A stretch of 64,000 bases of DNA from a virus. Its lineage: Duplodnaviria > Caudoviricetes. The translations under genes and the position numbers were made by a program. Of the stretch, positions 47,101 through 56,251 are shown piece after piece. How positions within the stretch are numbered: position 1 is the stretch's first letter; every line of letters begins with the position of its first letter. The notes beneath the pieces were generated by a model. It worked only from the letters and a program-made list of their open reading frames with translations, was not told the origin of the DNA and did not search any database. Where the stretch lies: IMG/VR virus record IMGVR_UViG_3300020411_000002. One strand, given 5' to 3'.

Positions 47101-48930
47101 TGCATTAGCTGTTTGTCTGCTAGACCAGTCTGCATCTACAATGCTGATCATTCCATTAGACCAAGTAGCCTGCAACTGGTAAACGTTACGTGTTTCTTCA
47201 AGAACAGAACTAGGTCCTATAATCTCGATAGACTCAACTACTAGTCTAGGCTTTTTGAAGAATACTTTGATAGAACCATTAAGCACTCTATCATCTTCTT
47301 GGTAGTTTACTGCAAACTCTGCCGTAAAGTCCCTGTAAACAATTGGAATCTGAATCTCACCTGTCTCACTAATACTAGTTGCAGTAGTAGACGTTTGCCA
47401 GTAAGGTAAAGTAAGCTCAGTACTTCCAGCACGAAATTGGGCTGGTAAACTATAAAGCTCTTTCTCACTACCATCAGTGTATTCTACAATTGCAGTAAGG
47501 AAAACACCTGTCATGCCTTGAACTATATCAGTCAAAGTATTCAACTCGACCCAAGCATTGTCAACGTACTGCTCTGCAACTATGCGAATGCTTTTAGCAA
47601 CAACGTTACGCTCTTTAGGTACTAGAGTTATAGCTAGTGTTTCAGAACTGGTAGTGCCGTCAACGTTGCGGTGTTTAGCAGTAACAGTAGCAGGGTGTTC
47701 TTCGAAGATTTCTTCAATTACAAGGACGTTATCTTTGAAGCTAGCATGTTCGCTATCTATGCTCCAAGTAATTCTATCCTCGTCACCGTACTCTCTTACG
47801 TTGTCGTGTCGTGTAATTAGACGATAAGTATTGGTAGCTTCTTCAAGAGGTCTAACACTTCCAACTATCTGCAATTCATCAGGAATGAAAGGCGTACCGA
47901 TAGGATAAAGCTCTACCGTTACGGTCTTTGTTGTTCCTTTTGCAGTATACGTGAATTCAATATCCGTAACAAAATCAATGTCTGAGAACTCAATCGTTTT
48001 GCCGTCAAAGCTTTTAACGTACTCGCCAGAAACAGAAATAGGATATTCGCTGGCTTGCGTTTCATCCATGTAGGATACCAGTACATGCGCTGGATACTTT
48101 CTGAACCCTTGCACTTTAGATGGAATAACAAACTCCATACTTACAATAGCAGGCTTGTTCGGGTCTACGTAGCGCTTTGGTTTAATTAAGCTAGAACCAA
48201 ACATACCTATATTTGCTACTGCTGAAATTGTCAGATAGATATCTCTAACAACTTTCTCAATAGGTGCAAACTGATAATAAACTTTAAGTATTCTATTCTC
48301 TATCAGCTTACGAACAATAGCTGGGTTGTCCGAAGTAGTTAGCTCTTTTAATTGGAGTACACGAATCGTTTCATTGATTGAAACACGTTCTTCATCAGTA
48401 GCCGTAGAATAACCTAATAGTTCGCGAATACTAGGAATATCTTCTGTAGTGATTCGCAGTGTTAAGCTTTCTTTCAGGCCTTGTACATCAACTGCTATAT
48501 CTACTGTGCTTGTGCTATACCAGTTACCGCCGTCTACAACAAGCTTTCCATGAGTAGGTGAAAACTCAATGTAATCACTTGTATAAAGAACATCTTCTTT
48601 GAAGTCTCTACCAAGTAAGAAGCTGATAAACTTAGGATAGTTCGGATTGCCGTCTGTTTCCCAAAACTTAATCAACTGATAGAATGAATTGGTAAGCTTC
48701 TCTTTGTTGTGTTCAAAGAATTCACTAGTAAGGTTTATGCCTGCTTGACGAATAGCTCGTTCAATAAATACAGGGTCTGTGTCTTGATCGATGTAGCGAA
48801 TTCTTTCTAGTTCTTTTAGAGGAGAACCTAGCTTACTGTCGTATACTCGCTGTGCAACATCTGCAAAGGAAGACCATAAATCATCTTCCTTTAGAATATC
48901 AACAAGCAAGTCTGTAGCTGTCTTACTCAT
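44128..48930 (-). CDS. 1600-aa baseplate wedge protein (P2 gpI/T4 gp7-like N-terminus) with tandem Ig-like repeats
   Basis: Follows the J-like gene; LERIRYID...ERAIRQAG N-terminus; about 9-10 repeats of SIEIxGP..V.E...Y.L.A.(W/Y)..G type. Confidence 0.7.
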   Translation of the reverse strand: MSKTATDLLVDILKEDDLWSSFADVAQRVYDSKLGSPLKELERIRYIDQDTDPVFIERAIRQAGINLTSEFFEHNKEKLTNSFYQLIKFWETDGNPNYPKFISFLLGRDFKEDVLYTSDYIEFSPTHGKLVVDGGNWYSTSTVDIAVDVQGLKESLTLRITTEDIPSIRELLGYSTATDEERVSINETIRVLQLKELTTSDNPAIVRKLIENRILKVYYQFAPIEKVVRDIYLTISAVANIGMFGSSLIKPKRYVDPNKPAIVSMEFVIPSKVQGFRKYPAHVLVSYMDETQASEYPISVSGEYVKSFDGKTIEFSDIDFVTDIEFTYTAKGTTKTVTVELYPIGTPFIPDELQIVGSVRPLEEATNTYRLITRHDNVREYGDEDRITWSIDSEHASFKDNVLVIEEIFEEHPATVTAKHRNVDGTTSSETLAITLVPKERNVVAKSIRIVAEQYVDNAWVELNTLTDIVQGMTGVFLTAIVEYTDGSEKELYSLPAQFRAGSTELTLPYWQTSTTATSISETGEIQIPIVYRDFTAEFAVNYQEDDRVLNGSIKVFFKKPRLVVESIEIIGPSSVLEETRNVYQLQATWSNGMISIVDADWSSRQTANAVSTEISDSGLMTAPSVDDDAINVSVNAIIDVYRYDEDDNESIVKLATSKTVEVKALRREVNSIEALMPQSLSQGNTNRVRFYVDWNDNSNTQIIPYRVELKQGDRVLSKYVRLDSGYELEHEDNVPVILSLSDDQFNAIDESLDHPQFLIEYLSDTEETNFEQIKGLVDIYIYYINPLDVPEEGVVLTDEELDLTEVPYSTYATSISVTPKIFLTEDLEIIYAENMPEGTRTFLTAIVTYANGEQEQANATWSIEPSFIDQEIEADLTQGQFTIEGIVKALIGVDRVWLDSNELTQAQVDRLIDGELFFKVLAEEVQADWTQAVKNIIDNDPETEYPRAVIQTRTLLDGEQQSFKVTARYFQQVESVTITSNANPVQAIDKILNSRIEGPGEIYADNTLDFSYGLVVDYDDLGDTYMVSSDWRVDVVNKAEVLTALLAVNESYRSLLPTHDDLSIYEVSELDEEQLSEVFQSIQIAEIDNEGYLYPRININAQLLVYADYDDGITQFTEQLDVFMKSTNAILTGMYMYNITNDGQFERSSNTTPSDATGAGEIIRLPDVAVLPGNPDSFADIDPTSGKLFYRFKAKVERNDELGNFYDPEVVEWSLETSSNKVSLTQPSRNVIGLLVNPVETDTQVIINGVYTEEFARSTDAVDAGNPAAAQDRVETVASSLRFIIESSKAIDVIEQSGQTVVYDDPDSIFVPTVRIQRRDGTYVTDPNAMVTWYVVSGPIGISYDAETKGFKIPKLTNNTVMVLRATAKEGLRTISEDFEYTLLMQFTPTDITLTLPQTVQTAIIDAGEYELGAIMTGSTSQGPDTLDVSDSAFFFFNYNEPDAEFDENVLSISPIVENKEIEISIKAKDYPSFTDKKTIKVYSSFPLFGTYLDGVNNSVRFNDNLGEFEKQASRTGGTFEINPDADEYGYFAHPKALGRAEFTYIPEPNSDTSLFGEWQEPITVTRVYETDLDEAWYLYRTTARGFSRGKFSVRYIPE

Positions 48931-50393
48931 TATCTGTCCTCACGTTCTGTGTACTTAACGAAAACGTTCAAACTGTTAAGTGTCACATACTCTAGTTTTG
49001 AATCTGGCTCAAGGTCGTTGGTAGGACTTAGTACTTCTACGTAGTCAACACCATCACGGCGCGTGTCTTCATCTGGAATAAACTTACATACGTCAATAAC
49101 ATCTGACTTGGAAAAGCGTTTGCCTAACATGCCTGGCTTACGTTTGAATAGCTGTATAATTGCTTCACGTAATGTAGCTTTCATTTCTTGCAAGTTAACC
49201 CAGTCTTGTACAGATACTTCAACATTCAAATCAACCAGAATCTTTTTCGGGTTGTATGTTTGAATCGTAATGTGAGGACCTATACGTTGCTGTGCGTATG
49301 TTACAAAGTCATTCCATATTGCGCTACGTGGATTAGGATTATCACCGCCCCAAGTAGCACTACCAATTGGCAGAATACATACACGAACTACATTCATCCA
49401 GCTTGGGTCATTTGGGGCAATATCGCGCTGAGACATAATAGTACAATCAGCAACGCCCGGATACTTCATGATGTTGCCTTTCCAGCTAGACGGTCTAGTC
49501 CATGTATTCTTAGACTGGTAAATATGTGGGGCATACTTTTTGTAATACGCTGCTGACTTTGGAAACGTACCACCTTTAATGTTCTCAATAGAAGAACCTG
49601 TAACTAATGGATTAGCTACTACGGTTGCTCGTGTACCAGTATTACCAACGTTGCCGTTCTGACCTTGAGTAATTACATACTGAACAATAACAGTATCTTT
49701 CTTTGTCAGTGCTTTACCAAACGTACCATCACCAAATAGAAGAGAAACATCACCATCACCTGTTGTAGATTCAAAATACTTTGTATCTGATGAAGTGAGA
49801 TCAGTTAGAGATTCTTCGTGGTCTTCCCATTCTGTGTAATCGCCTTTTTCATCTACTGTATAAACAAGTAGATCGTGATCAGCAACTGAGAAGTTAGGTT
49901 CACCTAGTACAATCTCTGGCATGTTTATGTTTCTGTTTGCCATTGAGAATTCTTTACGACGAACAATGCCTTCATAGAGTGTGAATATCTTTGTTTCTCT
50001 TACTTGCAGTATAATACTTTCACGACAATAAAAGCTTCTACCAGAAACGTTTATCTGGGCGTATGGAGGCACGTTAACTTTTTCATTTGAGTTGTTCGTA
50101 AGTTGGAACTCTGCTCTTGCACTGGTACGGCGATTTATCTTAACGCCTAACATTCTTGTACAAGCAAAGATACTGCTATCTCTTCTAGCATGAGTAATAA
50201 AAGATTCTAGCTGTGCAATGTCTAGGTTAACACCTGCATTGGTATAAAGACCTGCCATTACATCTACAAGAAACGTATTTAAACTAGAAGTAAGTTTATC
50301 TTGCCAAGGGTATTCTTGTGCAAACTGTTCTTGGATTTCGTCAACAATGTTTTGGAAACCTACTGTAGTTCTCGATAGTTGAATGTTGTTCAT
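48930..50393 (-). CDS. Baseplate wedge protein (T4 gp6/P2 gpJ-like)
   Basis: ESFITHARRDSSI, GDGDVSLLFGDGTFGK, YVITQGQNGN, ETxEE-like region, position after gp25. Confidence 0.85.
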   Translation of the reverse strand: MNNIQLSRTTVGFQNIVDEIQEQFAQEYPWQDKLTSSLNTFLVDVMAGLYTNAGVNLDIAQLESFITHARRDSSIFACTRMLGVKINRRTSARAEFQLTNNSNEKVNVPPYAQINVSGRSFYCRESIILQVRETKIFTLYEGIVRRKEFSMANRNINMPEIVLGEPNFSVADHDLLVYTVDEKGDYTEWEDHEESLTDLTSSDTKYFESTTGDGDVSLLFGDGTFGKALTKKDTVIVQYVITQGQNGNVGNTGTRATVVANPLVTGSSIENIKGGTFPKSAAYYKKYAPHIYQSKNTWTRPSSWKGNIMKYPGVADCTIMSQRDIAPNDPSWMNVVRVCILPIGSATWGGDNPNPRSAIWNDFVTYAQQRIGPHITIQTYNPKKILVDLNVEVSVQDWVNLQEMKATLREAIIQLFKRKPGMLGKRFSKSDVIDVCKFIPDEDTRRDGVDYVEVLSPTNDLEPDSKLEYVTLNSLNVFVKYTEREDR

Positions 50394-50890
50394 AGTCGCT
50401 TCAATCCAAATTCTATGTTTTCAAAAGTTAGCCCAAGTCTAGGTATCTCTATAGCGATAGAAACAAAGTAATTGCCGTTGTCTACATCTGGTAGAACTTC
50501 AACGTTGCGCACATTAACTCTGCCGTCCCCTATTCTACTTCCAGTAAGACCAGTAATGATAGTGCTACGAATAGCGTTAGCAGTTACTGTATCTAAAGGT
50601 TGAAATAGGAGTCGTTCTAAGTCTACACCAAACTCAGGTCTAAACCATCTTGTTCTTTTGCTTACACCTAGTATCATCATGATACTTTGCACAACGCTTT
50701 CTCTGTCGCGCACTTCTGTTTGAGAAGTTTTATTCATTTGAAGGTTTACGTCTGAGAATAAAAAGTTGCGCTGGGCAGTTCTGTGGGTATCAACTATATT
50801 ATCTCTTTGAGCTATAGCTGTATTGTTGGTAGGGATTTCTTGTGCTGTGTGTCTTTCGTAATAAGAAAGATTGATAGGAGAACGTGCCAT
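50390..50890 (-). CDS. Baseplate gp25/gpW-like sheath initiator
   Basis: FSDVNL...VVQSIMMILG...RWFRPEFGVDLERLLFQPLD. Confidence 0.88.
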   Translation of the reverse strand: MARSPINLSYYERHTAQEIPTNNTAIAQRDNIVDTHRTAQRNFLFSDVNLQMNKTSQTEVRDRESVVQSIMMILGVSKRTRWFRPEFGVDLERLLFQPLDTVTANAIRSTIITGLTGSRIGDGRVNVRNVEVLPDVDNGNYFVSIAIEIPRLGLTFENIEFGLKRL

Positions 50891-51174
50891 TAACCACCTG
50901 CCTTTACATTAGAGCTTCCTTGTCCTGCTGTGTCTCCACAAGTAAGCTTCTTTCCTGTAGTATGAATACCTTTACCATTAACTTTAACAGTCGATGAACC
51001 TAATGCTGCGCCTTGGTGACAACTGCTAGATATACAATGGACGGCGTACTTATCGCCTTGACGCACAACACCAATACCATTAGCTTTGACGTTGCTGCTT
51101 GCTTGGATGGATGGAACAGGCGGATAGCCGTGACCTACACTCTTATCTCCAAGTCTCATAACTGAACTACCCAT
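50890..51174 (-). CDS. PAAR spike-tip protein (94 aa)
   Basis: MRLGD...GH...SSNVKANG..VVRQGD...HC...CH...SSTVKVNG...CGD...GSSNVKAGG; ATG 51174 has GGAG SD, so the ORF-track 5' extension is dropped. Confidence 0.9.
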   Translation of the reverse strand: MGSSVMRLGDKSVGHGYPPVPSIQASSNVKANGIGVVRQGDKYAVHCISSSCHQGAALGSSTVKVNGKGIHTTGKKLTCGDTAGQGSSNVKAGG

Positions 51175-51262
51175 AAGTACTCCTGCACTCAGTAATTTTA
51201 TAAAACTGTAAATACCACGTAATAATAGTAAATTAGCAAATTGCAAATCAAGGGGTTGCTCC

Positions 51263-51892
51263 ATGCTCTATGCAAGAAATGTTTTACAAAGCCTGTATGA
51301 TGAAGCTAAGACCGATACAGAACGAAAGAAGCTTCTGGACGGTCTAGTTGTCAATGCAAGCGTTAACCACTTCTCCCATCTATCGGACTCTAATACTACT
51401 GTAAGTAAGCCTAATATTTCTTGCAGACACTCTTGGACTTTAACTGCTGAGGCGGGCTTTAAAATTGTAGGTGTCACTTTAGATATACTGGATACGGTAG
51501 AGAAGGCTACAAAAGAACTGGTAGATAATATTATCGACGCAAGAGACTTTAAAGTCTTAGAATCTTATGCGCAGATTCAGAAAGTTCTGGGCGACGATGG
51601 TAAGACTTTAATGAATGGTAACACGCGTTATTTAATAAAAGCTATGCCTGAACTGTCCCAGTCTGTCTATGATGCATTGACGTTTACTGACACACCTAAT
51701 AATAATGTTTCTATTTTCGCTATGGAAAGTAGATACATAATTAAAATACCGCAATTTGGGTCTGCATTTAGAGTAGACATTAAAGAAAGTACGTTTGACT
51801 CAAAAGCAAAACCCGTATACAAAGCAGAAATAGACTTCAATTGGGACTTTGAAGGTCTAGAAGTTTATTTAATTAACAAGAGTATGTTATGA
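51263..51892 (+). CDS. Hypothetical protein, first gene of the rightward block
   Basis: 209-aa ORF divergent from PAAR. Confidence 0.7.
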   Translation: MLYARNVLQSLYDEAKTDTERKKLLDGLVVNASVNHFSHLSDSNTTVSKPNISCRHSWTLTAEAGFKIVGVTLDILDTVEKATKELVDNIIDARDFKVLESYAQIQKVLGDDGKTLMNGNTRYLIKAMPELSQSVYDALTFTDTPNNNVSIFAMESRYIIKIPQFGSAFRVDIKESTFDSKAKPVYKAEIDFNWDFEGLEVYLINKSML

Positions 51893-52416
51893 AAGACAGA
51901 ATCGAATACGAAAAGAAACACTTAATAGCCTTGGATGCAAACAGTAAGTGGTTGCAAGACCTATACCTAATCCTATCTAGTGAACACTTCTTTACGGTTA
52001 TAGATAGCAAGTTAGAAAATCAAATAACGGTAGGACCCTTAAACGCTTTTGTAATTCTCTTTCCTAGTATAACAGATGCAAAGCTTTTTGACTCACTTGG
52101 TAATTGCCTATCACTAGGCTGTAACGTTATGAAAAACGAAGAAGAGTTTGAAAAGCCTTTAATGAAGCTCCAAGCTCTTGCTGCACAAGAAACAGTTACC
52201 AATCAAGAACTGTCTGAGTTAGCTATTGCTTTCAACAAAGCTGATACAGAACGCTTTATGCGAACTGACCGAACAATCCTTATGGAAATAATGACACAAT
52301 TCTTTTTGTATTCAAGTTTCCTAATTGAAGACGGCATTCTCGATATCAACTTCGAAGAAGCCAAACAAAAACGCATAGATTTTATTATGCAAAGCAACAC
52401 TAGCACCACCCACTAA
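51889..52416 (+). CDS. Hypothetical protein
   Basis: 175-aa ORF, ATGA overlap. Confidence 0.7.
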   Translation: MKDRIEYEKKHLIALDANSKWLQDLYLILSSEHFFTVIDSKLENQITVGPLNAFVILFPSITDAKLFDSLGNCLSLGCNVMKNEEEFEKPLMKLQALAAQETVTNQELSELAIAFNKADTERFMRTDRTILMEIMTQFFLYSSFLIEDGILDINFEEAKQKRIDFIMQSNTSTTH

Positions 52417-52432
52417 TCTTTTTGGAATATTT

Positions 52433-52837
52433 ATGAACTTTCTTTTTATTACTGAACGCGAAAAAACTATTGCTGGCGAAGTATGTCCAACTCTAGCAGG
52501 TGTTGATTTAAAATCATTTGAAACTGAAATGCCTGTAACAGTTAAAAAGCTTCGTAGTGAATATGGAGAGCCGTTTGACCTTCGTCTAGAACAATTCGAA
52601 ACTTTTAGCACGTTGTCTTTTCCTTTGTTTGGCAGTGATGCCGACTTTATCAAGTGCTTCGAACAAGTTAAAAAGAACGGTATGATGTTTACTCATATCT
52701 TTCTAGATGTACGAAATGCTCAATTTGCTTGGGCTGCAACCGAATCTTACAGACAGTGCTTGAACAACAACGAGCGCGTGTTCAATTCTTTCATTAAGCA
52801 CCCTGTGTTCCACCACTGGGTCCCGTCATTAGGATAG
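52433..52837 (+). CDS. Hypothetical protein
   Basis: 134-aa ORF in operon. Confidence 0.7.
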   Translation: MNFLFITEREKTIAGEVCPTLAGVDLKSFETEMPVTVKKLRSEYGEPFDLRLEQFETFSTLSFPLFGSDADFIKCFEQVKKNGMMFTHIFLDVRNAQFAWAATESYRQCLNNNERVFNSFIKHPVFHHWVPSLG

Positions 52838-52840
52838 TCT

Positions 52841-53503
52841 ATGACTATTACAAACTGTAACTTGCGTGACGAAGTTAGTGTATCTATCTCTGCTCCATCT
52901 GTTCAAGTAGACCCTGATGTAGGAGCTAGCGCTAAAGTAACAACTGCTTTTTCAGCCTTTAACGATTTTTCTATAAGTGTTGAAAGTACTGTTATCTTTC
53001 CAGATTATTTGAATTATCACACAACTAGTCTTTCTGATAATCCAGAATTCGTTCGGGCTATTAAGGACGATATGACGGTTAAGTTTGGACGTTGTATTAA
53101 ATCTCTGCAAAACTTATTACCTGAAAAGGAGAAAAATAAAATGGATATTTTAGATTCAATACCGAACTCGTCTTCTATTGAAAACATAAACATGCCTGTT
53201 GAGAACATGCTTCAACTTATTGCGGTTGCGATACAGGCAGTAGTGAGAAAAGAAGAGGGAAAAGACAACAAAGATTTTGATGTTATTGTAGTAGACAGTC
53301 CTAAATATCCTAAAGCTTGGACAATTACTTTTCAAAACTCGAAAAAGAACTACGACGTTATTGAAAGATTTCACTACCCTCTGCTTAATACGTATCTAAA
53401 GTCTAAAGGCTGGGAAGTAGAGCATACCAATAGAAAGCCTGACCAGTGGGACAATCCTCACACTGCATCTTTCACATTAAGAGCTATAGAGAAAACGGAA
53501 TGA
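52841..53503 (+). CDS. Hypothetical protein
   Basis: 220-aa ORF, AGGA SD. Confidence 0.7.
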   Translation: MTITNCNLRDEVSVSISAPSVQVDPDVGASAKVTTAFSAFNDFSISVESTVIFPDYLNYHTTSLSDNPEFVRAIKDDMTVKFGRCIKSLQNLLPEKEKNKMDILDSIPNSSSIENINMPVENMLQLIAVAIQAVVRKEEGKDNKDFDVIVVDSPKYPKAWTITFQNSKKNYDVIERFHYPLLNTYLKSKGWEVEHTNRKPDQWDNPHTASFTLRAIEKTE

Positions 53504-53856
53504 TGAATCTTATACTTGTAGTAGGAAAAGATTTTGATGAATCTCCTTGGAGTCTAGATACAGTAAGTGAAGTTCAAGAATGGTTTCACGTTGACCCGTA
53601 TAAAGGCTTTAAGAATTTAGTATCAAGATTTTTAAGCGAAGCAGGTCGTCAAGTTCGTGTAGTTCATTATGAAAATATTTTCAACTGGATAGACAATACG
53701 GGTTCTGACGAAAAATTCTATTTAAAGGTATGTCCTTTCTTCAACGAATCAGAAAGCGAATACTCTTCTAGGGAACATGCAGTTTCCGAGAAAATACAAA
53801 GCTTAGGAAGTGCCTCTAATAAATCAGTCATACTTAGGAAAAGGAAAGACAAATGA
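53500..53856 (+). CDS. Hypothetical protein
   Basis: ATG 53500 overlaps the previous stop (ATGA); ORF-track start 53446 lies inside the upstream gene. Confidence 0.7.
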   Translation: MMNLILVVGKDFDESPWSLDTVSEVQEWFHVDPYKGFKNLVSRFLSEAGRQVRVVHYENIFNWIDNTGSDEKFYLKVCPFFNESESEYSSREHAVSEKIQSLGSASNKSVILRKRKDK

Positions 53857-54398
53857 GCGGAAAAGATATTGCAACAATTGAAGAACGTACTCGCGACCGT
53901 ATTCGTGAGGTCTTTGCTGGACTTCTTTCGGACGAAGAGCTAGATACACTTATTAAGAAAGCGTATGACAAGTTCTTTAACGAACCGAGTGATCGTGTAA
54001 TTATTGATAGAACTATTCGTGAGGAAGGCGGTAACTTTACTGGCAAGCCTCAGCGAAAGGTTTTAGAAACTACTGGTGTAAAAGCTAGCCCATTCGAAGT
54101 TATTTGCTTTGACTTCTTTGCGCGTGAAGTTCATAAACATATATCGGGTATATTTGAATCAGAAGACTTTAACATATCGCATAAAAGCGAGTTTGTTACT
54201 GACGAACACGGCCAGAACGGTATGTATGTTCCAACTATTAATCTAGGTAAAGAGCTAGAAGAGCGTTGTGAAAAGCTTGCTAAAGAAAAGTCACACATTT
54301 TCTTTGAATCTATCTTTGCAGGTTTTATGTCTACTGCTCGTGTCGATATGATTAATCAGATCACTAACAATCTACACGGTGGTAACAATCAATGGTAA
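53853..54398 (+). CDS. Hypothetical protein
   Basis: 181-aa ORF, ATGA overlap, strongly biased codons. Confidence 0.75.
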   Translation: MSGKDIATIEERTRDRIREVFAGLLSDEELDTLIKKAYDKFFNEPSDRVIIDRTIREEGGNFTGKPQRKVLETTGVKASPFEVICFDFFAREVHKHISGIFESEDFNISHKSEFVTDEHGQNGMYVPTINLGKELEERCEKLAKEKSHIFFESIFAGFMSTARVDMINQITNNLHGGNNQW

Positions 54399-54946
54399 GT
54401 CCTGTTCGTGTAATGCACCGAGTTATTCCAAGCATGGTAGACAACGGTAAAGTCTATCGCAATGATAACTTGGTGTTTGGATACTCGAATGGGCTTTACT
54501 ACAGAATTGTACTTACAGAAGAACCGTTCGGAACGCAGGACTGGATTGTAGAAACTATTGAAACAAGCAGTACAATGAGTTGTTTCAGAGAAGACGATTT
54601 AGAACTGACCCTTACTCCGTTCAATGTTAACTATGATTTTGATTTGGTACAGAAAGTTGCTGAGCCTGAAATTGGAACAGTAGAAGACGTAGACCGCGAC
54701 TTAATTATAGCACTAATGGAATACGGCTTTAGAGAAAGAATGGTATCTAACAGACTATCTTCTATCTCTGGCATGACGGTCTGCATGGGTGGAGTTGCTA
54801 AGTATCTAAGTTACTACTCTACTCTTCTTGATGATGCTGGAATAGAAGTTGAGTTTGAGAGTAGCTTTCTTACTATAGGTAAGAACGGTCTTGTTCTACA
54901 TTCTGGTATCGTTGATTCAAAAGATAAATTCTTTGTAAGACTATAA
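54392..54946 (+). CDS. Hypothetical protein
   Basis: 184-aa ORF followed by a terminator. Confidence 0.7.
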   Translation: MVSPVRVMHRVIPSMVDNGKVYRNDNLVFGYSNGLYYRIVLTEEPFGTQDWIVETIETSSTMSCFREDDLELTLTPFNVNYDFDLVQKVAEPEIGTVEDVDRDLIIALMEYGFRERMVSNRLSSISGMTVCMGGVAKYLSYYSTLLDDAGIEVEFESSFLTIGKNGLVLHSGIVDSKDKFFVRL

Positions 54947-54967
54947 GGGGGCTATGCTCCCTTTTTT
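54946..54967 (+). terminator. Rho-independent terminator
   Basis: AGGGGGC-TAT-GCTCCCT then a T run; stem nearly identical to the terminator at 24372-24400. Confidence 0.8.
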
Positions 54968-55010
54968 AATGTCTGAGTTTCACGCTAATTTAAAAGCGTG
55001 GAGGTCATGA

Positions 55011-55916
55011 ATGGAAATAGAACAATTCTTAAAAAACGTTCTTGGATTCGAACCAATTTCTAACGTAGAGAAAGAACCTCATACGTTGCCTTTTTTGCCT
55101 AGCGGATTTTTCCAAGAGTTTGTTAGAGGGAAGTGGAGAATTAGAATCTTAGATACTCATTCGCTTGAAGATAGAGCGAAGATAGGTGTTATTGTTTTGG
55201 TAGATATAGGACTAAAACAGCACACCTTGTATAAGGGTTATATAAATCAGAACGATGGACTTTCTCAGTTTCGTCGTATGTTACAATCATGTACTGATTT
55301 ACTTGATAACCCTGATGATTATTCTTGTGAAAAAATAATTCTATCTCAGGATAATCCTAGCTTACATTCTAGTGCGTGTATTCACATGTACTACATTTGG
55401 AAATTTGATGACCTTCTTGCAAGTTCAATTCCATCCGGCTTTAATGTATTAATACCAGAAAACGTACCCTTTGATGATTGCATAGATTTCGTAAATGGAT
55501 ATCTTTTGAATCTAGGTGCGTCGCATATTGGAACTAAGACATATAAAGCTTTACCCAATTTCAACAAAAGTTATGCACAACATTTTAGAAGCGTAGGAGT
55601 CAACGTATTAGACTTAGACGAATCGGGTAGACTGGTACTTAATAAGGACACTATTAAGGACAAGATATACAAACTTAAAAATGTTGAGACTGCATACATA
55701 GTAAGATTCGCACTCAAAGCCATTCTAGAAAAGCGAACGGACTATGCTATAGAATTTCTAAAGGATGTAGGTTTAATCAAGGATATGATTATAAGTCGTA
55801 CCAAGCACAACACTGTGCGTATAGCTTTTATGAGTGTTAACTTTGGAGATATTGAGGTAGTAGGATGCTTGGATGAAATTCTCAAAAATATTCAAAGAAA
55901 GTTTGGTAAGTTATGA
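55011..55916 (+). CDS. Hypothetical protein coupled to the ACP homologue
   Basis: 301-aa ORF, GGAGG SD, ATGA overlap with the ACP gene. Confidence 0.75.
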   Translation: MEIEQFLKNVLGFEPISNVEKEPHTLPFLPSGFFQEFVRGKWRIRILDTHSLEDRAKIGVIVLVDIGLKQHTLYKGYINQNDGLSQFRRMLQSCTDLLDNPDDYSCEKIILSQDNPSLHSSACIHMYYIWKFDDLLASSIPSGFNVLIPENVPFDDCIDFVNGYLLNLGASHIGTKTYKALPNFNKSYAQHFRSVGVNVLDLDESGRLVLNKDTIKDKIYKLKNVETAYIVRFALKAILEKRTDYAIEFLKDVGLIKDMIISRTKHNTVRIAFMSVNFGDIEVVGCLDEILKNIQRKFGKL

Positions 55917-56143
55917 AAACAAAAGACCGTGTGTTTAACTGCATCAAAAGGCAGATGGGTAAGTCAGATATAAATCTTAGCACTGACTTGAAAAATGACC
56001 TCAAAGCAGACGACCTAGATTACATAGAACTGACTATGAGATTAGAGTCAGAGTTTGGTATTGCTATAGACGATGAAAAGTTTAGTACTTTGAAAACTGT
56101 AAATGATGTATATAGATACGTAACGGAACTTGCAGATGCTTAG
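55913..56143 (+). CDS. Acyl carrier protein homologue lacking the phosphopantetheine serine (DSLD to DDLD)
   Basis: DLKADDLDYIELTMRLESEFGIAIDDE...LKTVNDVYRYV aligns with AcpP [20 protein letters not shown]..EIPDE...ITTVQAAIDYI. Confidence 0.9.
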   Translation: MKTKDRVFNCIKRQMGKSDINLSTDLKNDLKADDLDYIELTMRLESEFGIAIDDEKFSTLKTVNDVYRYVTELADA

Positions 56144-56249
56144 GCAAATACCAGTAAAGGAGTTAGTGCTATTCGTAGTGCTTTCTCCCATTATCCTATT
56201 AGTCTTTCTTTACTGCTACGTTCGATTTAAAAATAAAAGTAGGGAATAA
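56136..56249 (+). CDS. 37-aa single-TM peptide MLRQIPVKELVLFVVLSPIILLVFLYCYVRFKNKSRE
   Basis: Read manually; overlaps the ACP stop and exactly fills the gap to the next gene. Confidence 0.55.
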   Translation: MLRQIPVKELVLFVVLSPIILLVFLYCYVRFKNKSRE

Positions 56250-56251
56250 AA

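Noticed and set aside
50890-51264. 124-aa version of PAAR and 159-aa ORF 20789..21268
   Set aside because: The 5' extensions cross a divergent intergenic region or the endolysin; better starts are 51174 and 20969/20987.
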